Positions 56,923 through 64,000 of a stretch of 64,000 nt of DNA are shown one piece after another. Location of the stretch: positions 7,736 through 71,735 of the forward strand of contig JAFYXH010000002.1 of the NCBI GenBank assembly GCA_017546315.1, in the 5' to 3' direction. The notes below the pieces were generated by a model, which was not told the DNA's origin, searched no databases, and saw nothing but the letters and a program-made list of their open reading frames with translations. This stretch comes from Alphaproteobacteria bacterium (GTDB taxonomy: Bacteria; Pseudomonadota; Alphaproteobacteria; RF32; CAG-239). Numbering within the stretch: position 1 is the stretch's first letter; every line of letters starts with the position of its first letter. Position numbers and translations under genes: made by a program.

Positions 56923-59538
56923 TTAAAAATCCTTTATAGCCTTTCGAAAACTAATGCTCCTTAAGTCACTAGGTAAAACCAGGCCTTGTTTGTGGCGATT
57001 GCTAAATAAAACAAAAAGAGGTTCAACTTTTTTATTAAAACGATCCAGCCAGTATCTACCATCTTTGTCATCAATGGCAGTTTCAATGTAGGCAATTGTT
57101 AATCCGTTGTTCTCTTCTTCCCATAGTTCTTTTCTGTTAATTAAATTCAAAAAGGACCACTTATTCATCACTGCAACCAAAACAGCGTTGTTGTTTTTAA
57201 TCTTCTCTTCAATAACAATGTTAATTTCATCCAAACTAGGGTTGTCATTGCTTTTATCAATTCCTAAAAGAGATATACTCAAGCTTAGCATAAATAAAAT
57301 ACACAAAATTCCAAAAACTTTTAGTTCAATCTTTTTAAGTTTAATCAAACTATTCGGGGAAACAATATCTTCTTTGATGTTTTTCTCAATCCAAAAAGGA
57401 TATCGATACCAAATAAATGCCGCACCACAAACAGCAAGAGCGAAAGAAACACCTCCCCATAGATTTAAGCTAGAACATAAAAACCAAGCATTAAGCCCTA
57501 AATAAACAGAAGTCCAGAGAGTGTTAAAGACTCTTAGCTCAAAACTTTTTCTTAAACCTAATTTATATAAACCTAATCCCAAAATAATTGGTAGCATTAC
57601 AACACCACTTAAAAATGCTAAAATATCAAGCAATTCAGAAGAAAGATTATTATTGCTTAAAATTAAATCCCAAAAATCAAATCCAACAAACACAACAGAG
57701 CTTATGATAATAGGTGTAAAAAATCCTAAAACAGCCCCGTGCTTCAAGATATTCTTGAAAGGTCTAAATAGTTCAAATTTCATATATCCAAGTAATGACA
57801 TCAAAATAGAACCACCCCAAATCACTCCAATAGAACAGAAAATTACCTCACTAACAAAACTTGAGAATTCTTTTCTAATACCTAATGCAAATAAACTCCC
57901 AATTAAAGAAAATAAGAAATATCTACCACAAATAATCCATCTGTCATCTCTTGAGCAAATAAAACTAATCATCTTAATAAATATGTATAAAACGCCAAAT
58001 AAGAAATTAGCACCAATTCCCCAAAATATTAAGTTGGTTTTAAGTGTTTTATCGTCAAGCACATCAAATTTAGGGTTAAAAGTTGGTTCGACAATTTTCC
58101 TAAAGTTAAACAGATCATTAAAAGAAGCGCTAATTGCAATTTTATCAATCATTAAATCATTATTTTCGCTTTTTTTAACATCAAAGCTTGCGATAATTTT
58201 ATCTTCTTTAATTTGATACCTTGGGTTCAAGAAATTAGTTTGTTTATCATCCTCAACCATAACCGCAACATTGCTGAATTTCCTTTTTGTATCAATAATA
58301 ACATTAAGGACTTGGTTTTTGGTGTCATAATATACATTATTTAACTCTGCGTTTTTGCTCTTTTCTTGTGGAATATGTGCATGTGCCTGAGTTACATGAT
58401 TATAATAAATAGAATCTTTGTCTGTAACTCCTTGTTTAACCGTTAAACTGTGTTGAGTTTTATATTCTTCGCACTCACCTTCAATATTACATAGCTCAAA
58501 AAATAAATCTCCGCTAATAACAACATCTTTGTTTAAATCCGTTCTTTTAATACTAAACGGAAAACTAACATAATCAACAAAAACCCTTTTAGCAATCCCA
58601 TCTTTTTGTACACCATAAGCAAGAGGTTGGTAAAACTGGTATTGGCTAATATTGTGGTTTACATCTCCGTTTTCACTCAAAATAAACTTAATGATGGCAC
58701 GATTGTTCATAAAGTCCCCATTGATATAATACCCATCAGGAACTCTAATCTGAATAACTCCGTTGAATTTATCTTTGTCCTTTAGAGTTGCAGTATCAAC
58801 CAGAATTCTTGCTCGCAAATCTTTATCGCCGATAAAGGGTTTTTCTGCAGAGCCATCATTGAATTTAGGCATTTTTTTTAAGGCTTTAACAACCCCTTTA
58901 ATATCAAACTCTAAAAGTGCAATCGTTAACTCATCAACCTCAGGACTTGGTTCATAATTCTTATCTCTTCTTCTAACAGGCTCCCCAAGTTCGCCTTTAT
59001 CATACTCAATATATTTATATGGGTTATAAGATATTTTATACTCTCCTTCAGAAGATGTTTTCTCAAAATCTTCATTTTCTCCAATATAACTACCATCATA
59101 TGCAACCTCAGGAGTATCTTTGGGAGTGTATTCTTTAGCTTTTAAATTGTGTTTTAGTTTTCCGATAATTTTTTGGTATTGCCGTTTAGATATAACAAAA
59201 ACTTTTAACACATCCCCAATATATTCTAACTTTTTTACATCAGTATCTGGGTAAACAGCTTGTAAAAAGGGGGAGATGTCTTCTTCAATTTTGTCGTCAG
59301 GATAAAGTTTATCAATCAAATATGGTAAAATCAAAAGCTCATAAAATTTATTATTTGCTATAACTAAACGTTCTTTTTTTTCAACCGGTTTATCGCCTAA
59401 ATCTCTAATAATATATTCACTCTTAACAGTTTCTTTAATGTTATCAATATTTTGTAAATTATCTTCTATTCCCAAAGCGCAATTAACGTTGAAAATAAAA
59501 ATAAAAATCCCTATATATAAAATAAATTTTCTCATCAT
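56923..59538 (-). CDS. DsbD/ScsB-like membrane protein: extra N-domain, DsbD-N domain with C-x5-C, polytopic core, Cys-less thioredoxin-like C-terminus
   Basis: 871 aa with a signal peptide. FELCNIEGECEEY (Cys codons at 58489-58491 and 58471-58473) resembles the nDsbD C-x5-C. About 8 TM segments follow. In the C-terminal Trx-like fold, the expected W-C-x-x-C reads W-S-F-L-N (57145-57159). Confidence 0.5.
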   Translation of the reverse strand: MMRKFILYIGIFIFIFNVNCALGIEDNLQNIDNIKETVKSEYIIRDLGDKPVEKKERLVIANNKFYELLILPYLIDKLYPDDKIEEDISPFLQAVYPDTDVKKLEYIGDVLKVFVISKRQYQKIIGKLKHNLKAKEYTPKDTPEVAYDGSYIGENEDFEKTSSEGEYKISYNPYKYIEYDKGELGEPVRRRDKNYEPSPEVDELTIALLEFDIKGVVKALKKMPKFNDGSAEKPFIGDKDLRARILVDTATLKDKDKFNGVIQIRVPDGYYINGDFMNNRAIIKFILSENGDVNHNISQYQFYQPLAYGVQKDGIAKRVFVDYVSFPFSIKRTDLNKDVVISGDLFFELCNIEGECEEYKTQHSLTVKQGVTDKDSIYYNHVTQAHAHIPQEKSKNAELNNVYYDTKNQVLNVIIDTKRKFSNVAVMVEDDKQTNFLNPRYQIKEDKIIASFDVKKSENNDLMIDKIAISASFNDLFNFRKIVEPTFNPKFDVLDDKTLKTNLIFWGIGANFLFGVLYIFIKMISFICSRDDRWIICGRYFLFSLIGSLFALGIRKEFSSFVSEVIFCSIGVIWGGSILMSLLGYMKFELFRPFKNILKHGAVLGFFTPIIISSVVFVGFDFWDLILSNNNLSSELLDILAFLSGVVMLPIILGLGLYKLGLRKSFELRVFNTLWTSVYLGLNAWFLCSSLNLWGGVSFALAVCGAAFIWYRYPFWIEKNIKEDIVSPNSLIKLKKIELKVFGILCILFMLSLSISLLGIDKSNDNPSLDEINIVIEEKIKNNNAVLVAVMNKWSFLNLINRKELWEEENNGLTIAYIETAIDDKDGRYWLDRFNKKVEPLFVLFSNRHKQGLVLPSDLRSISFRKAIKDF

Positions 59539-59638
59539 ATTTTTTTACGGTTGACTTATAACAATATTAAGATATGACAGATAATATTATCACATTTAAC
59601 AAATGTAAACATCTTTTATATGAAAGACACAGGCTACC

Positions 59639-60253
59639 ATGAACAAAACAAATAATGATACCTCAGTATTGAATTCACTAAAAGAAAACAATCTTACAGG
59701 AAAGCTTTTGGTATATATTGGTGACACCACAGATGAACTATATAATCAATCTGTTGTATATATTGCTGAAAGTAGTTCAAATGGCACAAAAGGTATCATA
59801 ATAAATAAATTATTGTTCAACACAGCAACAATCGAATGCAACCGCTCTTCAAGTGATAATACAGCAGAAAAAGAATATAAAAATGTGTATGAAGATTTGT
59901 ATCAAGGAGGTCCTGAAAATCCTGCACATGGTTTTGTTTTATTTCCTAAAGATGATTATTTGTCAAAAGATCCTAATGCAAAAATAAATGGAGATATTGC
60001 AATATCATCATCGTTTGGTATCTTGCAAGAGATATTAGATGGCGTTGGTCCGAATTCAAAAATAATAGCAATGGGGCACTGCAAGTGGGAGCCAGGAGAG
60101 CTAGAATGGGAGTTGTTTAATAACAAATGGCTTATCGTTAAATCTGATGTAGATTTAATGTTTCACACATCTCTTTCAAAACGTTGGGAAAAAGCAAAAG
60201 AGCTAAGCTCAATAGATATGCGTTCATACATTCGCCAAAGTGGCACTGCATAA
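59639..60253 (+). CDS. YqgE/AlgH-family (UPF0301) protein
   Basis: 204 aa with F..SVVYI.E....G..GIIINK and GGP......FVL blocks. Confidence 0.75.
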   Translation: MNKTNNDTSVLNSLKENNLTGKLLVYIGDTTDELYNQSVVYIAESSSNGTKGIIINKLLFNTATIECNRSSSDNTAEKEYKNVYEDLYQGGPENPAHGFVLFPKDDYLSKDPNAKINGDIAISSSFGILQEILDGVGPNSKIIAMGHCKWEPGELEWELFNNKWLIVKSDVDLMFHTSLSKRWEKAKELSSIDMRSYIRQSGTA

Positions 60254-60306
60254 AGCATGCTTGTTTTATGGAAAATAAAAAAAAAGATAAAGAGTTTTTG
60301 TTTGCT

Positions 60307-60900
60307 TTAATATTTGATTCTTGCGACTAATCCGTTGTATTCTTTTATGAAATCAAATTCTTCAGCAGTAATTAAGTCGCTTAAAACTTGAACTTTTTCT
60401 TTGTTTAAGTTTTCAATCTGTAATGAAATAATAGCAGTCTCATCAGTTGCTTGTCTTAACTGTCCATTAAGAAACTCAATAGTTTCTTCAATTCTTTCAA
60501 CTCTTTCATAAACTCTATACATGTCAAACATTTTCTTAACTCTTATAAGAAAAGCTTGAGGCTCCCAATTCATTTTATAAAGCTCTGCTTTAAGTATTTT
60601 AGGACAAGGGTTAGGAAAACCGCTATTAACAAAATCAATTAACATATCGTGATGTTTATTGTTCTTACTAATCTCTTGTATGGTGAGTAATAAGTGCATA
60701 TACTCAACATCATCAAATTCACTAGTGATTCTAGAAATTAAGAAATGAGGTTTATCATATTCACTGAGTTTTTTATAAAAAACAATGTGACTAACAAATA
60801 GATATATAATCAAACTAAACATAGAAGCATACATTAAAGGCTTCGCAAGTTTGCGTTTAAAAAATTTCCAAAACTTCATTTTTTTACTAATTTTTGTCAT
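60307..60900 (-). CDS. Hypothetical membrane-anchored protein
   Basis: 197 aa with one N-terminal TM segment (MYASMFSLIIYLFVSHIVF). No other motif recognised. Confidence 0.4.
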   Translation of the reverse strand: MTKISKKMKFWKFFKRKLAKPLMYASMFSLIIYLFVSHIVFYKKLSEYDKPHFLISRITSEFDDVEYMHLLLTIQEISKNNKHHDMLIDFVNSGFPNPCPKILKAELYKMNWEPQAFLIRVKKMFDMYRVYERVERIEETIEFLNGQLRQATDETAIISLQIENLNKEKVQVLSDLITAEEFDFIKEYNGLVARIKY

Positions 60901-60980
60901 GTGTGATACTCAAAAACAATTAAACACACATACAGTATATGATAAAAATAATCGTTTTTCAATAAAAATATATAAAATTA

Positions 60981-61736
60981 TTAAATATTGTTATTCCGGC
61001 TTTTGTCAAAACTTTGAGCAACAGCTCTAAGTGTCTTTAGATACTTATCAAAGTTAATGGGTAAAAAATCACAAATATAAGGCTCATCAACCAATATTTT
61101 AACGTCTTTATAAAAATTAGCCTCACATCCTAAAAAATGTCTACAAAATTGATGTCGTGTAGCATAGATGTTGTCTATATTGTATCCGATTCGCACTAAT
61201 AGCTCTTTTTCGTCTGTAATTTTGCTTAAAGTTCGTCTATCATACCAAACTCCAAAACCTTTACACGCAAGCTCTTTCCAAAAAAAACCTACCCCTGGGT
61301 CTGGTTTTAGAGTGGGCGAAATATCTGAATGCCCCAAAATATTCTCTCTTTTAATTTTGTGCTTCTTAACAAGTTTGTTCAAAAGATAAACTAAGCTTTC
61401 AAATTGTTTTTGAGTAAAATCAGATTTTAATTGTCCAAGAGTAGGCGCTTCAAGCTCAATTCCAATAGAATATTCGTTTAAAGATTTTTCCAAACTTCCA
61501 TTCCAACTGCTAATCCCAGCATGATAAGCAACAAACTTGGTGTCAAGATTCTCGACAATATCTCCATTTTGACCAATAATATAATGTACACTCAATTTAT
61601 ATTCATCAAGTAGCTCTAATTGTTTTTCTATAGAAAATGCAGAACAATGTAAAATAATATATTCAATATCACCCGTTCTTTTTCTAAAGTGTTTGCTATG
61701 TACTTTTTTAATCTCAACATCTATCATATTTTCCAT
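60981..61736 (-). CDS. ampD: N-acetylmuramoyl-L-alanine amidase (AmpD-like, Amidase_2)
   Basis: 251 aa with IILHCSA, HYIIGQNG, AYHAGIS.W, SIGIELE and GHSDISP..KPDPG. Confidence 0.8.
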   Translation of the reverse strand: MENMIDVEIKKVHSKHFRKRTGDIEYIILHCSAFSIEKQLELLDEYKLSVHYIIGQNGDIVENLDTKFVAYHAGISSWNGSLEKSLNEYSIGIELEAPTLGQLKSDFTQKQFESLVYLLNKLVKKHKIKRENILGHSDISPTLKPDPGVGFFWKELACKGFGVWYDRRTLSKITDEKELLVRIGYNIDNIYATRHQFCRHFLGCEANFYKDVKILVDEPYICDFLPINFDKYLKTLRAVAQSFDKSRNNNI

Positions 61737-61832
61737 CCTTTACTATAATTTAAGAAAAATATGCTTAAAAAATACTTTACAAATAAAAACCATTAGTTCA
61801 AATTATAAAAAAAAATAAAAGGAAATATCTTA

Positions 61833-62931
61833 ATGCGCGCAGAATTTTATACTATAATAAATGAAATTAAAGAAAGTGCCTCTATCCTTCGGAGGTTTCT
61901 TTGACTATGATAATGCAAAATTAAAACTCGAAGAACTAACTCATCTTGTAGAAGATCCAAAGCTTTGGGATGATCAGGAAAGAGCATTAAAGCTAACCTC
62001 AGAGAAGAATTTGCTTGAGGAAAATCTTGTTTTCTATGATGATTTAATAGATTCGTTGAAAAATTCTGAAGAACTCGTGGAATTGGCTGAACTAGAAAAT
62101 GATGAAGATATGTTAAAAGATATCTACGCTCATCTAGAAAGCTTAAAGCAAGATGCAAAAGAAAAAGAGTTGTTGTCATTGTTGTCGGGAAAATTTGATA
62201 AAAATGATGCGTATTTAGAAGTTCACTCAGGGTCAGGTGGAACAGAAGCTCAAGATTGGGCAGAAATGTTGTTAAGAATGTATTCTAGATGGGCTGAAAA
62301 ACATAAATATAAAGTATCTTATGTAGAAGAAACAGAAGGAGATGTAGCTGGCCTTAAATCTGCAACCATAAAAATATCAGGTATGAATGCTTATGGTTGG
62401 TTGAAAGGTGAAACAGGTGTTCATCGCCTAGTTAGAATATCTCCCTTTGATAGTAACGCTAGACGCCACACGAGTTTTGCCTCAATAAACGTATATCCGG
62501 TTGTTGATGATAGTATCAATATAGAGCTAAACCCTGCAGATATAAAAATGGATACATATCGTTCATCAGGTGCTGGTGGTCAGCATGTAAACAAAACTGA
62601 ATCTGCTGTCCGCTTAACGCATATCCCATCAGGTGTAGTTGTATCATGCCAAACAGAACGCTCGCAATTTGCTAACAGAGATCAGGCTATGAATATGTTG
62701 AAAGCTAAATTGTATGAAATAGAGCAACGTAAAAAAGAAGAAGAGGCAGAACAAAAGTGGGAAAATCAAGGTGATAATGGTTGGGGGTATCAAATTAGAA
62801 GTTATGTTTTGCAACCATATAAAATGATAAAAGATTTAAGAACATCTGTTGAAACTTCAGATGATAAATCGGTTCTAGATGGTGAAATAGATATCTTTTT
62901 ATCCGCTTTCTTGGCTAAAAAAGGTTCATAA
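61833..62931 (+). CDS. prfB: Peptide chain release factor 2, requires a programmed +1 frameshift: join(61833..61901, 61903..62931)
   Basis: Frame 0 reads MRAEFYTIINEIKESASILRRFL and stops at TGA 61902-61904. The +1 frame continues as DYDNAK... and carries the SPF motif (SPFDSNARRHTSFA) and the GGQ motif (GAGGQHVNKTESAVR). Confidence 0.9.
61891..61905 (+). promoter_or_regulatory. RF2 autoregulatory +1 frameshift site
   Basis: GGAGG TTT CTT TGA C. An internal SD-like GGAGG lies 3 nt upstream of the slippery CTT, followed by the in-frame TGA-C. Confidence 0.85.
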
Positions 62932-62934
62932 TCG

Positions 62935-63591
62935 TTATTTCTTATCTTCTATAATTTTCTCGAGTTTTTTGATTTTCTCTTCAAGTTCAGATATTTTATC
63001 TTCAAAAGGATCAGAAGATTTTGCGTTTATACCATACGCCATAAACTCTTTTGCTTTTGATGTGTCGTTTTTGTGCGCTGCAACACCTACAACGGTGGTG
63101 TTAGCTTTAACATCTTTAACAACAGTAGCATTGGCTCCAATTTTAGAGTTTTTACCAATATTGATGGGGCCAAGAATTAATGCACCTGCACCAATTATTA
63201 CATTATCATCAACAGAAGGGTGGCGCTTTTCTCCTTTTTTAGAATTATAGCTGGAAGTACCTCCAAGGGTGACACCGTGATACATAGTGACATTATCACC
63301 AATTTTAGATGTTTCACCAATAACAACTCCCATGCCATGGTCAATAAAGAAATTTTTACCAATCTTTGCAGCAGGATGGATCTCAACTCCGGTAAGCCAT
63401 CTTCCAAGAAGAGAAATAAGTCTGGCTGAAAGTTTCCAATTTTTAGTCCAAAGCTTATGAGATAGTCTGTAAATGAGTATTCCATGATAACCAGGGCTAC
63501 ACAAAAAGGCCTCCAATCTAGAAGCGCAAGCAGGGTCTTTAGCTATAATCGTATCAAGTTCAGATAAAAATTGCTTGAAATTTGATTTCAT
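62935..63591 (-). CDS. cysE: Serine O-acetyltransferase
   Basis: DPA..S..E......PG......YR..H.LW N-domain followed by hexapeptide repeats ([21 protein letters not shown]). I place the start at ATG 63591 (MKSNF), 8 nt after AGGAG. The ORF-track TTG at 63624 is less likely. Confidence 0.85.
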   Translation of the reverse strand: MKSNFKQFLSELDTIIAKDPACASRLEAFLCSPGYHGILIYRLSHKLWTKNWKLSARLISLLGRWLTGVEIHPAAKIGKNFFIDHGMGVVIGETSKIGDNVTMYHGVTLGGTSSYNSKKGEKRHPSVDDNVIIGAGALILGPINIGKNSKIGANATVVKDVKANTTVVGVAAHKNDTSKAKEFMAYGINAKSSDPFEDKISELEEKIKKLEKIIEDKK

Positions 63592-63689
63592 TTCTGTTAA
63601 ACTCCTAATGTATCTTAAATCCAAATTAAGGATTTCTAGTATAAGATATAACCTAAATAAATGTAATCAAGGGTAAAAAGAGTTATACA

Positions 63690-64000
63690 ATGGTAGAAGT
63701 AATAATAAACGGTCATGCCGGAAGATTAGAAGGTCGTTATCACAAAGCTAAAAGAGATGATGCTCCAATAGCACTTATTCTTCATCCACACCCACAATAT
63801 GGTGGTACGATGAATAATAAAGTAACATATGCTCTATTTGCATGTTTTAAAGATTTAGGCTTTTCTGTATTGCGTTTTAACTTTAGAGGAGTAGGGCGTT
63901 CACAAGGAGAGTTTGAGGATGGCCCTGGAGAATTATCTGATGCAACGGTTGCTCTAGATTGGTTGCAAGCAAATCATCCTGATGCTCGTCAATGCTGGAT
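63690..64000 (+). CDS. Alpha/beta hydrolase (COG2945-type), 5' partial, runs off the window
   Basis: My translation from ATG 63690 is MVEVIINGHAGRLEGRYHKAK..APIALILHPHPQYGGTMNNKV...LGFSVLRFNFRGVGRSQGEF. It stays open to position 64000. Confidence 0.6.
   Translation, partial: MVEVIINGHAGRLEGRYHKAKRDDAPIALILHPHPQYGGTMNNKVTYALFACFKDLGFSVLRFNFRGVGRSQGEFEDGPGELSDATVALDWLQANHPDARQCW

Noticed and set aside
57107-58957. Plus-strand ORFs of 132, 231 and 64 aa
   Set aside because: They are antisense shadows of the 871-aa DsbD-like gene. They remain open only because that gene's codons are AT-rich.
61847-62179. 110-aa minus-strand ORF
   Set aside because: It is antisense to the 5' part of prfB, with no RBS or motif.
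63592-63624. TTG-initiated 11-codon extension of cysE
   Set aside because: ATG 63591 sits 8 nt downstream of AGGAG, and the extension would contain that RBS within coding sequence.

Overview
This is an AT-rich (about 30% G+C by eye) bacterial chromosomal segment that is roughly 90% coding. I found no rRNA, CRISPR array, transposase or integrase. The core genes fit a small-genome, possibly host-associated alphaproteobacterium, though that placement is inference. They include RNase E with its S1 domain split by a long insert, LpxI+LpxB, AccB/AccC, PBP1A, Psd, PlsC, TadA, FtsB, TrkH, ComEC, AmpD, CysE, RF2 with the classical +1 frameshift, an initiator tRNA with a C1:A72 mismatch, and a COG2945-type hydrolase. 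Two kinds of accessory content are interleaved with them. The first is an unusually large set of envelope-glycan genes: a WbsX-DUF218 fusion, GT4, GT2, two tandem CgeB-like paralogues, and two GT-C membrane transferases, one of them frameshifted. The second is several large lineage-specific proteins. The best candidate for an undescribed system is the three-gene operon at 12806-19296. It encodes a 1159-aa protein (HExxH head, Q/N/G-rich 96-bp tandem-repeat linker, C-terminal vWA/MIDAS domain), an 873-aa AAA_5 (MoxR/CobS-like) ATPase with a ~530-aa unknown C-terminal region, and a 104-aa orphan, all ending at one terminator. Secondary candidates are: a tail-anchored protein with three tandem AAA+ modules (only the middle one intact) next to an M48-like metallopeptidase (2683-6520); a metallothionein-like cysteine cluster inside the RNase E S1 insert; a very AT-rich UvrD/helicase-IV-like gene with an embedded PD-(D/E)xK-like motif abutting the tRNA-fMet gene; and an anchorless, gamma-less FtsK motor. 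All functional calls rest on motif recognition by eye, and no database search was run.
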